Positions 51,222 to 60,670 of a stretch of 64,000 nt of DNA are shown here, one piece after another. The stretch's first letter is position 1; each line of letters opens with the position of its first letter. The stretch spans positions 1,440,001 through 1,504,000 of the forward strand of contig CAWGJT010000005.1 of NCBI GenBank assembly GCA_963822965.1. Reading direction: 5' to 3'. The position numbers and the translations under genes were made by a program. A model generated the notes under the pieces. It was given only the letters and a program-made list of their open reading frames with translations. It ran no database searches and was not told the DNA's origin. The stretch is from an uncultured delta proteobacterium (GTDB taxonomy: Bacteria; Myxococcota_A; UBA9160; UBA4427).

Positions 51222-52850
51222 TCAGCCGGCGGCCTTCCGCAACTCGAAGCCCTCGTAGTCGTTCCCGGCGACCTCGTCGCAGCGTTCCCGGTAGACGTCC
51301 ATGCCGCCGACGTACGGCATGAACACCCGGGTCTTCCCCGGAATGTTCGCGCCCACGTACCAGGAATTCGCGCGGGGGAAGAGCGTCGCGTCCGCCTGTT
51401 CGGAGACGTGCTTCACCCATTCCTCTTCCGCGTCTTCCTTGGCTTCGATGCGTGCGATGCCGTGCTCGCGCAGCCAGGCGATGCAGTTCGAGATCCACTC
51501 GACGTGTTGCTCGATGGCCACCGGCATGTTGGTCAGCACCGACGGGCTGCCGGGGCCGGTCACCGTGAACAGGTTCGGGAAGCCGGCCATCTGGATCCCG
51601 AGGTAGGTTCGCGGGCCGTCTTCCCACTTCTCGCGGAGGCTTCGCCCGCCGGTGCCGCGGATGTCCATCTTCAGCAGCGCGCCCGTCATCGCGTCGAAGC
51701 CCGTGGCGAAGACGATCACGTCCACCTCGTGCTCGGCCTCGGTGGTGCGGATGCCGTGGGCCGTGATCTCGACGATGGGCGTCTCGCGCACGTTCACGAG
51801 GGTGACGTTGTCCCGGTTGAAGGTCTCGTAGTAGCCGGTGTCGATCGGCGGACGCTTGGTGCCGTAGGGATGGTCGTGGGGCAGGAGCATCTCGGCGACG
51901 GCCGGGTCCTCGACGGTCTCGCGGATCTTGGCGCGGATGAACTCGGCGGCCGTCTCGTTGGCCGCCTCGTTCTCGAGCAGGTCCGCGAAGGAGCCCGCCA
52001 TGAACTTGAGCCCGCCGTCTTCCCAGAGCTGCTCGTAGACGGCGTTGCGTTCCTCGGGCGTCGCCTCCGCGGCCAGCCTCTCGCTCGCGAGGTAGGGGAA
52101 GCCGAAGGGCGATCGCCGGCAGGTGTCGCGAATCACGCGGTATCGCGCCTTGATGTCCGCGGCCTGCTCCGGCGAGAGCGGCGCGTTGCGGGCCGGCACG
52201 CTGAAGTTGGGCGTCCGCTGAAAGACGGTGAGATGGTCCGCTTCGGCGGCGATGACCGGTGTGGCCTGGATTCCGGTCGACCCCGTGCCGATGAGCGCGA
52301 CCCGCTTGCCGGTGAAGTCCACGCCCTCGTGGGGCCAGGCGCCGGTGTGGTAGTGCTCGCCCTCGAAGCGCTCGAGGCCCTCGAAGTCGGGCAGGTTGCT
52401 CGACGACAGACAGCCCACGGCGCTGATCACGAACTGCGCACGCACCGGCTCGCCGGAGCTCGTGCGGACGTTCCAGCGGTTGTCGCCCTCGGCGAAGGTG
52501 GCGCCTTCGACGCGCGTGTCGAGCTGGATGTCGCGTCGAAGGTCGAAGCGGTCCGCCACGTGGTTCAGATAGCGGAGGATCTCCGGCTGCTCGGGGTACT
52601 TGCTGGTCCACTCCCATTCCTGCTCCAGCTCGGGAGAGAAGGAGAAGGAGTAGTAGTAGCTCTCGGAGTCACAGCGCGCGCCCGGGTAGCGATTCCAGTA
52701 CCAGGTGCCGCCAACGCCGCCGCCGGCCTCGTAGAGGCGCACGTTCAGGTGCAGCTGGTCTCGCAGCCGGTGCAGCATGTACAGGCCGGAAAATCCGGCT
52801 CCGATGATCAGCGCGTCGAGCTCACGCGGATTCTCCTGGCGCGATGACAT
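51222..52850 (-). CDS. Type I Baeyer-Villiger monooxygenase
   Basis: GAGFSG, GGTWYWNRYPG, FEGEHYHTGAWP fingerprint, GTGSTG. Confidence 0.95.
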   Translation of the reverse strand: MSSRQENPRELDALIIGAGFSGLYMLHRLRDQLHLNVRLYEAGGGVGGTWYWNRYPGARCDSESYYYSFSFSPELEQEWEWTSKYPEQPEILRYLNHVADRFDLRRDIQLDTRVEGATFAEGDNRWNVRTSSGEPVRAQFVISAVGCLSSSNLPDFEGLERFEGEHYHTGAWPHEGVDFTGKRVALIGTGSTGIQATPVIAAEADHLTVFQRTPNFSVPARNAPLSPEQAADIKARYRVIRDTCRRSPFGFPYLASERLAAEATPEERNAVYEQLWEDGGLKFMAGSFADLLENEAANETAAEFIRAKIRETVEDPAVAEMLLPHDHPYGTKRPPIDTGYYETFNRDNVTLVNVRETPIVEITAHGIRTTEAEHEVDVIVFATGFDAMTGALLKMDIRGTGGRSLREKWEDGPRTYLGIQMAGFPNLFTVTGPGSPSVLTNMPVAIEQHVEWISNCIAWLREHGIARIEAKEDAEEEWVKHVSEQADATLFPRANSWYVGANIPGKTRVFMPYVGGMDVYRERCDEVAGNDYEGFELRKAAG

Positions 52851-53080
52851 GGGACTCTCCGTTTCGTCGCCCGCCGGACGACAGCACATCGAATGGCATC
52901 CCGGACCCGGCCGTGTGGCATCGACCCCGGACGCTAGGCCGTATCCTACCACTCGCCTGCGGCCCCGGCCGCCCGGGGTCAGCGCGCCAGGCGGCCGTCC
53001 TGGCCGCCCGTGCCCGCGCGCTGGTACAGTGCCTGGGAATCGGACGCCTGACCGGGCAGTCCGCTCCTCGGGAGGTGGAC

Positions 53081-54241
53081 ATGGACTTCGGCATCGCGGT
53101 GGCGTCGTCGACGGAGAGCTGGCGCGCGGTGAAGCGCGCCGAGGCGCTGGGCTTCAAGTACGCCTGGTTCTACGACACGCAGCTGCTCAACCCGGACGTC
53201 TTCGTGTGCATGGCCCTGGCTGCGCGTGAGACGAAGAAGATCCGGCTCGGTACGGGCGTGATGATCCCCTCGAACCGGATCTCTCCCGTGGCCGCGAACG
53301 GCCTGGCGACCCTCAACAAGCTGGCTCCCGGTCGCATCGACTTCGGCGTGGGCACGGGCTTCACCGGCCGGCGCACCATGGGCCAGCGCGCCATCAAGCT
53401 CGCCGACATGGAGCGCTACATCGCCGAGGTGCAGGGTCTCCTGCGCGGCGAGACCGTCGCGGCCCGGCTCGAGGGCGAAACGAAGAAGATCCGCTTCCTG
53501 AACCCCGATCTCGGCCTGATCAACATCAAGTCGAAGATCCCCCTGCACGTCTCCGCCTTCGGCCCCAACGCGCGCGCGCTGGTGGCGAAGCTCGGCGCCG
53601 GCTGGGCGTTCTTCACCGGCTCGGTCGGCCCCGCGATCGGCGCGCTCTCGGACATGCAGCGCACCTGGCGCGAGGCCGGCCGCAGCGAGAAGCTCTATGC
53701 CAACGTATTCACGCTCGGCTGTGTGCTGCGCCCGGGCGAGCGGCCGACGAGCCGGCGCGCGATCGCCCAGGCCGGCCCGCTCGCGGCAGTGTTCTTCCAC
53801 GACCTGGTCGAGCGCGGCACGCTCGGAGAGCTGGTCGGCGCGCTCCCCCCGTCGCTGGCGGAAGCCGTCGAGCAGTACCGGAAGATCTACGAGCAGTACG
53901 AGCCCGCCGACGCGCGCTGGCTCTCGGTTCACCGCGGCCACCTGATGTTCGTACGACCCGAAGAGAAGCCCTTCATGACGAAGGAGCTGATCGAGGGTCT
54001 CACGTTCACGGGCACGCCCGACGTCCTTCGCGGTCGCGTCGAGGAGCTGCGCGACGCGGGCTACACGCAGTTCACCGTGCAGCTCGTCGAAGGCCAGGAG
54101 GACGCGCTCGCCGACTGGGCGAAGCTGTTCGGCCCGCTGGGGTTGAAGAAGAGCGGTGCCAAGAAGGCCGGCGCCAAGAAGCCCTCGCGGAGCAGGTCCA
54201 AGCCTCCGGCGGCGAAGAAGAAGCGCGTCGCAAGGCGCTGA
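53081..54241 (+). CDS. LLM-class flavin-dependent oxidoreductase
   Basis: IRLGTGV, LAPGRIDFGVGTG; GGAGG RBS; Lys-rich tail. Confidence 0.92.
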   Translation: MDFGIAVASSTESWRAVKRAEALGFKYAWFYDTQLLNPDVFVCMALAARETKKIRLGTGVMIPSNRISPVAANGLATLNKLAPGRIDFGVGTGFTGRRTMGQRAIKLADMERYIAEVQGLLRGETVAARLEGETKKIRFLNPDLGLINIKSKIPLHVSAFGPNARALVAKLGAGWAFFTGSVGPAIGALSDMQRTWREAGRSEKLYANVFTLGCVLRPGERPTSRRAIAQAGPLAAVFFHDLVERGTLGELVGALPPSLAEAVEQYRKIYEQYEPADARWLSVHRGHLMFVRPEEKPFMTKELIEGLTFTGTPDVLRGRVEELRDAGYTQFTVQLVEGQEDALADWAKLFGPLGLKKSGAKKAGAKKPSRSRSKPPAAKKKRVARR

Positions 54242-54347
54242 CGTCGCTCGTCTGCCGCCCCGGCTTCCCGACCGGATGCGACCTCGCGCTCCGACCGGGT
54301 ACCCTGACTCGACGACGGCCCAGCCCGAGAGGAGGCGACGGAGCGAA

Positions 54348-54947
54348 ATGAGCGCGAGGCGACACGACGCGAGAGACGCAGGAAGAATCGACGCGAGAAG
54401 CGCGCGAAGAGCGGCAGGCGCCGGGTGGATCCTGGCGGTCGCTTGCATGGCCGCGACCGCCCAGGCGGGCGACCTCGCGGCGGGCGACATGGCCCCGGAC
54501 TTCACGCTGCACGCGAGCGACGGCAAGACGTACACGCTGTCCGACTTCCGCGGCAAGCAGGCGGTGGTGATCGCCTGGTTTCCCAAGGCGTACACCCGCG
54601 GCTGCACCATCGAGTGCAAGTCGCTGGCCGAGCACGGAGACCTGATCCGCCAGTACGACGTCACGTACTTCATGGCCAGCGTCGATCCCCTGGAGGACAA
54701 CAAGGGCTTCGCGAAGCAGCAGAAGGCGGACTTCCCCCTGCTGAGCGATCCGGACAAGAAGGCCGCCCGGGCCTTCGGCGTGCTCCAACCCGCGGGCTAC
54801 GCCGGGCGAGAGACCTTCTACGTGGGCGTCGACGGGCGCATCCTCGCGATCGACCGAAGCGTGCGCCCGGAGACCTCGGCCGAGGACATGGCCGCAAAGC
54901 TGGGGGAGCTGGGCGTCGCGCGGGTCGCACCTCGCAACCCGTCGTGA
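54348..54947 (+). CDS. Peroxiredoxin, BCP/PrxQ type, with probable export leader
   Basis: APDFTL, WFPKAYTRGCTIEC, FPLLSD. Confidence 0.9.
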   Translation: MSARRHDARDAGRIDARSARRAAGAGWILAVACMAATAQAGDLAAGDMAPDFTLHASDGKTYTLSDFRGKQAVVIAWFPKAYTRGCTIECKSLAEHGDLIRQYDVTYFMASVDPLEDNKGFAKQQKADFPLLSDPDKKAARAFGVLQPAGYAGRETFYVGVDGRILAIDRSVRPETSAEDMAAKLGELGVARVAPRNPS

Positions 54948-55636
54948 CCGCCGACGACGGGCTGCGAAGGCAAGAGCCCCTGGTCGTCTACATCGACCTC
55001 AAGAGCCCCTATGCCTACCTCGCGATCGATCCCACGCGCGCGATGGCCCGGAGCGTGGGGGTGGCCATCGATTGGCGGCCCTTCACGCTCGACATCCCGA
55101 GCTACCTGGGCTCTGCAAAGCTCGACGACAAGGGAAAGGTCGCGACGAGCCAGCGCTCCGAGCAGCAGTGGAGCGGCGTCCGCTACGCGTACATGGACGC
55201 CCGGCGCTATGCCAACCTGACCGGCAAGATCATTCGCGGGACCGTGAAGATCTGGGACTCGAGCCTGGCGGGCATCTCCATGCTCTGGGCGAAGCGCAGC
55301 GGACGGCTCGAGGACTATCTCGACGAGGCGTATCCGCGCTTCTGGCGCCGCGAGCTCGACATCGAGGACGTGGGCGTGATCGAGGGCGTCCTCGCGGATG
55401 CGGGGGTGCGGACGGACGGCTTCCGCGCGTACGCCGTGGGGCCGGGCCGCGCCGAGCACGACGAGCTGAACGAGGCCGCGTTCGCAGCCGGCGTCTTCGG
55501 GGTACCGACCTACCTCGTCGGCGGCGAGATGTGGTTCGGGCGCGAGCACCTGCCGCGGGTCGCCTGGCTGCTCTCCGGGCGCGAGGGCCCGCCGCCGGAC
55601 GTGGCCAACCGCTCCTTCGGCGCGCACGTGGAATGA
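54944..55636 (+). CDS. DsbA/2-hydroxychromene-2-carboxylate isomerase family protein
   Basis: DLKSPYAYLA, GVFGVPTY..WFGRE. Confidence 0.88.
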   Translation: MTADDGLRRQEPLVVYIDLKSPYAYLAIDPTRAMARSVGVAIDWRPFTLDIPSYLGSAKLDDKGKVATSQRSEQQWSGVRYAYMDARRYANLTGKIIRGTVKIWDSSLAGISMLWAKRSGRLEDYLDEAYPRFWRRELDIEDVGVIEGVLADAGVRTDGFRAYAVGPGRAEHDELNEAAFAAGVFGVPTYLVGGEMWFGREHLPRVAWLLSGREGPPPDVANRSFGAHVE

Positions 55637-56277
55637 GCACCGTCACCGCCCTCGACTCGGCCGAGCTGAGCGTCCTCCTCGACCTTCGGAGCCCCTTCTC
55701 CTACCTGGCGCTGCATCCGGCGGTCGCGTTCGGAAGGGAGCTGGGCGTCGAGATCGACTGGCTGCCCCTCACGGCTCCGCCCCTCAAGCCTCCGTCCGCT
55801 CCGGCCCCGGGCGACGATCGCGGGGTGCTCCACCGGCGTCATCGCGCGCGGGCGATCGCGCGTGAGATCGAGGTGTACGGTCGGGCCCAGGGCCTCGTGT
55901 TGCGAGACCTCTACCGGGACGCCGACACCGGCGCCTTCGACCTCGCCTGGCTGTGGCTTCGCGAGCGCGATCCCGCGCGCCTGCCCGCCTTTCTCGGCGA
56001 GGGCTTCCGCGCCTACTGGTCCCTCGAGCTCGACCCCTCGAGCAGCGCGGCCATCGCCGCGCTGCTCGCCGCAGCGGGGGGCTCCACCGCGGGCTTCGAG
56101 ACCTGGTGCGCGGAAGACGGTCCGAAGACCGCGGCGCGCGTCGCAGACGAGCTTCGCGAGCGCGGTCTGTCCGCCGTCCCGGGCTACCTGGTGGACGGCG
56201 AGCTCTTCCACGGCCGCCAGCACCTCCCGATGATCCGCTGGATCCTCGCAGGTCGCCGGGGACCGGGCCCGATCTGA
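55633..56277 (+). CDS. Second DsbA/HCCA isomerase family protein
   Basis: DLRSPFSYLA, VPGYLVDGELFHGRQ. Confidence 0.87.
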   Translation: MSTVTALDSAELSVLLDLRSPFSYLALHPAVAFGRELGVEIDWLPLTAPPLKPPSAPAPGDDRGVLHRRHRARAIAREIEVYGRAQGLVLRDLYRDADTGAFDLAWLWLRERDPARLPAFLGEGFRAYWSLELDPSSSAAIAALLAAAGGSTAGFETWCAEDGPKTAARVADELRERGLSAVPGYLVDGELFHGRQHLPMIRWILAGRRGPGPI

Positions 56278-56288
56278 GCCGGCGGGGG

Positions 56289-57098
56289 CTACTTCACCAG
56301 GCGGCGCTTCAGCAGCCAGGCCGAGAGCGGGAAGAAGACCGCCGTCAGGGCGACCAGATAGAGAAGCGAGAGGCCGTCGCGCGGCGTCAGCGCACCCTCC
56401 GCGAAGCTGCGGGCCAGCTGCACGCCCGGAGTGAGGGGTGCCGCCCAGGCGATCGGCTGCAGCACGGGCGGCAGCACGTCGATGGGGAAGAAAGATCCGC
56501 TGAAGAAGAAGAGCGGCGTGGCCACGACGGTGAAGACCAGCGTGAGCGTGGAGAGGGTCGTCGAGGCGGCGGCGAAGCAGAGCCCCACGGCGCCGAACTC
56601 GAGCCCCACCATCACCGCCACCGCCAGCACGCCCGGGAAGGCCCAGGGATCGAGCCAGCCGACGGCCACGGCGAGCCCGCCGACCGCGAAGGTCGAAATG
56701 GCGGCCCGGGTCCCGCCCCAGAGCACCTCGCCCGCGGCCAGCTCGGCCACCGTGGTGGGCGTCGTCAGCATCGTTTCCATCAGCTGACTCTGAATACGCT
56801 GGAAGGCTCCCCACGCGCACTCGAAGATGGAGTGGAACATGGCGGTGCCGATCACCAGGCCGGGCGTCACGAAGCGCGAGTAGGAGCCATGACCGGGAAT
56901 GGTGTCGACGAGGCTCCCCACCCCCAGACCCATGGCGATCAGCACGAAGCCCGGCTCCACCAGGAACCAGGTGACGGCCACCTTCCAGACGCGGGCGAGC
57001 GCCACCGCGTGGCGCCACCAGACGCCGGTGACGCCGCGCCACCGCACGAGGGGCGCCGCCCGCAGCCTGGCATCCGAGCTCGTCCCGTCGAGACTCAT
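56289..57098 (-). CDS. ABC-2 transporter permease (NodJ-like)
   Basis: YSRFVTPG, GEVLWG, FSGSFFPI..LP..PLT. Confidence 0.9.
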   Translation of the reverse strand: MSLDGTSSDARLRAAPLVRWRGVTGVWWRHAVALARVWKVAVTWFLVEPGFVLIAMGLGVGSLVDTIPGHGSYSRFVTPGLVIGTAMFHSIFECAWGAFQRIQSQLMETMLTTPTTVAELAAGEVLWGGTRAAISTFAVGGLAVAVGWLDPWAFPGVLAVAVMVGLEFGAVGLCFAAASTTLSTLTLVFTVVATPLFFFSGSFFPIDVLPPVLQPIAWAAPLTPGVQLARSFAEGALTPRDGLSLLYLVALTAVFFPLSAWLLKRRLVK

Positions 57099-58051
57099 TG
57101 CTCGCGCAGCTCCTTGCCGGTGAGCAGCAGGAAGACGTCCTCGAGGTTCGAAGGTCGCACGTCGATGCGCACGCCCGCGAGCCCGGCCAGCGCACCCGTG
57201 GCGGGAGACTCGCCCTCCAGCCGGAAGACGGCGCCGATCTCCCGCCACTCGTAGCCGGCCTGCTGCAGCACGTGGCGCACCGCGGCCCGGTCGGCGCCGT
57301 CGAGCCGTAGCTCCGTCACATGGACGCCGACGTGGCGCTCGACCAGCGAGCGCGGCGGCGCCAGCGACAGGATCCGGCCGCGATCCATGATGGCGATGCG
57401 GTCGCACAGGGTGGCCGCCTCGTCCATGTAGTGCGTGGACATGAAGATGGTGACGCCGGCGGCCTTGAGGAGCGCCAGCTCCTCCCAGACCCGCGTGCGG
57501 CTGTGCGGGTCGAGCCCCGTGGTGGGCTCGTCGAGGACCACCACCCGGGGCTCCACGACCAGCGCGCGCGCGATGGCGAGCCGGCGCTTCATGCCGCCGG
57601 AGAGCTCGTCCACCTTGTCCTCGGCGCGATCCGAGAGGCCGAAGAAGCCCAGCACGGCGGCGGCGCGCTCGGCCGCGCGCCGCCGCGAGAGACCGGCCAG
57701 GAAGCCGTAGAGCTCGAGGTTCTGGCGGACGTTCACGTCCTCGTCGAGGCCGTCCGCCTGGGTGACGACCCCGAGCAGCTCACGCACACGACGCCCCTCG
57801 CGCAGGGCGTCGATTCCGTCCACGAATACCGAGCCCGCGTCCACGGGCGAGAGCCCCGAGAGCACGCGCATGATGCTGGTCTTGCCGGCGCCGTTCGGCC
57901 CGAGCAGACCGAAGGTCTCGCTGCGGTACACCTGGAACGAGACACCGTCCACGGCGCGCAACGGGCCGAAGCACTTCACCAGGCCCCGCACGTCGATGAC
58001 GGGGGCCGACCCGTCCGAGCCGAAGCGCTCGTGGTTCGCTTCCGATTGCAC
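57095..58051 (-). CDS. ABC transporter ATP-binding protein (NodI-like)
   Basis: GPNGAGKT, LSGGMKRR, LDEPTTGLD, THYMDEA. Confidence 0.94.
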   Translation of the reverse strand: MQSEANHERFGSDGSAPVIDVRGLVKCFGPLRAVDGVSFQVYRSETFGLLGPNGAGKTSIMRVLSGLSPVDAGSVFVDGIDALREGRRVRELLGVVTQADGLDEDVNVRQNLELYGFLAGLSRRRAAERAAAVLGFFGLSDRAEDKVDELSGGMKRRLAIARALVVEPRVVVLDEPTTGLDPHSRTRVWEELALLKAAGVTIFMSTHYMDEAATLCDRIAIMDRGRILSLAPPRSLVERHVGVHVTELRLDGADRAAVRHVLQQAGYEWREIGAVFRLEGESPATGALAGLAGVRIDVRPSNLEDVFLLLTGKELREQ

Positions 58052-58221
58052 CTTGCCCTCCCGATCCGGCCGGCAGGGTAGTCGCGCCGGGCGCGGGCTG
58101 CCCGCGCGGGCCCCGCCACGACGACACACCGCAGGGCCTCGAGCACTCCGGGTCGGGACGCACGCACCTGGGGTACCGTAGGGCTTCCGGGGCGGGAGCT
58201 GCGACGCGAAGGATCTCATCC

Positions 58222-59580
58222 ATGTCACACCGGATCCTCGTGGCCACGGCCGACACCGTGGGAGTCGAGCGGGCCGGCCCCGCCATCCGGGCCACCGAGA
58301 TCGCCCGCGCCCTCGCCGCAGAGCACGAGGTGCGGCTCGTCTCCACCGGCCCCTGCTCGCTCCCCGACGAGCCGTTCGAGACCGCCCAGGTGGACGACGA
58401 CGGGCTCGCAGAGCGGATCGGCTGGGCCGACGTCGTCGTCCTCCAGGGATGGGTCAACCACCTGCGGCCCTTCGTGACCCGCCACGACAAGATCGTGGTC
58501 GCCGACCTGTACGACCCGATGCACCTCGAGGTGCTGGGACGCAGCCGGCACGACGACCTGGACGCCTGGTGGGCCGCCTTCAACGGCGCCCGGCAGGTGA
58601 TCGCCGAGCAGCTCCGGCGCGGCGACTGGTTCATGTGCGCGAGCGACCGCCAGCGGGCTCTCTGGCTGGGAGAGCTGGCCGCCGAGGGACGGGTCAATCC
58701 GACGACCTACGCGGCCGACGTCGGCCTGCGCTCGCTCATCGACGTGGTGCCCTTCGGGATGGCCGACGAGCCGCCGCATCGCACCGGACCCGGCCTCAAG
58801 GGTGTGATCGACGGCATCGGGGCGGGCGACCGCGTGCTCCTCTGGGGCGGCGGCATCTACGACTGGTTCGACCCGATCACGCTGGTGCACGCCGTCGACC
58901 GCCTGCGCCGAACCCACGACGACGTCCGGCTCGTCTTCATGGGCACGAAGCATCCGAGCCGGCTGGTGCCCGAGATGGAGGTGCTCGGGCGAACGCGTGC
59001 GCTCGCCACGGAGCTCGGCCTCAGCGGCCGCTGGGTCTTCTTCAACGAGGGCTGGGTGGCCTACGAAGGCCGCCAGAACCTGCTGCTGGACGCCGATGTC
59101 TTCGTGACGACCCACTTCGACACGATCGAGACGGAGTTCGCCTACCGCACGCGTGTGCTCGACTATCTCTGGGCCGCGCGGCCGATCGTGACGAGCCGGG
59201 GCGACGCGCTCGCCGACCTCGTCGATCGGGAGCAGCTGGGCCTCGCCGTGACGCCGGGCGACGTCGACGCGCTCCACGGGGCGCTGGAGCGAGTGCTCAC
59301 CGACCGATCCTTCGCCGAAGCCTGCCGGGCGAACATCGAGCGCCTGCGGCCGGCCTTCCGCTGGAGCGAGGCGCTCGCGCCCCTGCTCGCCTTCTGCCGC
59401 AACCCGAGCCGGGCCCCCGACCTCGTGGACGCCCAGTCGTCCCGGCGCCGGAAGCTCGGGATGCCCCGACCGTCCGGGCTCGCGGGCCTTCCGTGGGACC
59501 TGCGGCGCGCCCGATCGCTCTGGGCCGAAGGGGGCGCGCGCCTGCTCCTCGAACGCACGCGCAGCCGGCTGCGACGCTGA
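58222..59580 (+). CDS. Glycosyltransferase, GT4-like
   Basis: AGPAIR, LLWGGGIYDWFD, RTRVLDYLWA..PIV. Confidence 0.87.
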   Translation: MSHRILVATADTVGVERAGPAIRATEIARALAAEHEVRLVSTGPCSLPDEPFETAQVDDDGLAERIGWADVVVLQGWVNHLRPFVTRHDKIVVADLYDPMHLEVLGRSRHDDLDAWWAAFNGARQVIAEQLRRGDWFMCASDRQRALWLGELAAEGRVNPTTYAADVGLRSLIDVVPFGMADEPPHRTGPGLKGVIDGIGAGDRVLLWGGGIYDWFDPITLVHAVDRLRRTHDDVRLVFMGTKHPSRLVPEMEVLGRTRALATELGLSGRWVFFNEGWVAYEGRQNLLLDADVFVTTHFDTIETEFAYRTRVLDYLWAARPIVTSRGDALADLVDREQLGLAVTPGDVDALHGALERVLTDRSFAEACRANIERLRPAFRWSEALAPLLAFCRNPSRAPDLVDAQSSRRRKLGMPRPSGLAGLPWDLRRARSLWAEGGARLLLERTRSRLRR

Positions 59581-59638
59581 TCGACGACGGCGCGGCCTCT
59601 CGTCGGAGCCGCCTGCCGATGGGGTACGATCGCTCGGC

Positions 59639-60670
59639 ATGGGCGAGGCCTCGAGCGCGTCGCGTGCCATGGAGCCGTTCGTCTCGGTGGTCGTCGTGAC
59701 CCACGACGGAGCCGACCACCTCGCCCGGTGTCTCGCGTCCCTCGAGGCCCTCGATTTTCCTCCCGAGCGACTCGAGATCGTGCTCGTGGACAATCGCTCG
59801 CCAGCGGGCTCCCTGGACGCCATCCGGTCGGGCTTCCCCCGCGTCGCGGTCGTCACGAGCGCAGAGAACCGGGGCTTCGCGGGCGGCTGCAACCTCGGCA
59901 TCGCGCGAGCGCGGGGCGAGTACGTGGTGCTGCTGAACGACGACACCCGGGTGGAGCCCGGCTGGCTGCGGGCCCTGGTGGACGCCGCGGGCGACGATCC
60001 CGCGGTGGGCGTCGCCACGTCCCGGATCCGCCTCGAGGCGCCGTCGGACGGCGGCCGGCCCGTGCTCCAGAGCACCGGCGCCGAGATCCTGGCCGACGGA
60101 TCCTGCCGGGACCGCGGCTACGGCGCCGTCGACGAGGGACAGTACGCGAAGCGCGAGGAGGTCTTCGCGGGCTGCGGTGCGAGCATGCTGCTGCGGCGAG
60201 CCCTGCTGGACGACGTGGGGCTGCTCGAAGAGAGCCTCTTCATGTACTACGAGGACATCGACCTCTGCTGGCGCGCGCGGGCTCGCGGCTGGAAGATCGT
60301 CTACGTGCCCGACTCGGTGGTGTGGCACCTCCACCAGGCGACGATGGGCAGGGGGTCTCGTGAGCACCTCTTCTACGGCGACCGCAACCGGCTCGTGGTC
60401 GTGACCCGCAACGCGTCGGCCCGCCGCGCGCTGCGAGCGTGGGCTCGCTACGCGGTCGGCACGATCCCGGGCCTCTCTTCGGCGCCGGTACCGACGGCCG
60501 TCCGCGTTCGCGCATTCGCATCGGCCCTCGCCGCGCTGCCTCGAGCCCTTGCCTCCCGTCGGAGGATCCGTCGGGCACGCACGGCTTCCGAAGCCGACCT
60601 CGAGCGCTGGTTCCTCCCGCTTCGATCGAGCCGGGAGGGGTCGCCGGCGCCACGGCGGGAGAGGACGTGA
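59639..60670 (+). CDS. Glycosyltransferase family 2
   Basis: VSVVVV, NRGFAGGCN, LLNDD, FMYYEDIDLCWR. Confidence 0.92.
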   Translation: MGEASSASRAMEPFVSVVVVTHDGADHLARCLASLEALDFPPERLEIVLVDNRSPAGSLDAIRSGFPRVAVVTSAENRGFAGGCNLGIARARGEYVVLLNDDTRVEPGWLRALVDAAGDDPAVGVATSRIRLEAPSDGGRPVLQSTGAEILADGSCRDRGYGAVDEGQYAKREEVFAGCGASMLLRRALLDDVGLLEESLFMYYEDIDLCWRARARGWKIVYVPDSVVWHLHQATMGRGSREHLFYGDRNRLVVVTRNASARRALRAWARYAVGTIPGLSSAPVPTAVRVRAFASALAALPRALASRRRIRRARTASEADLERWFLPLRSSREGSPAPRRERT

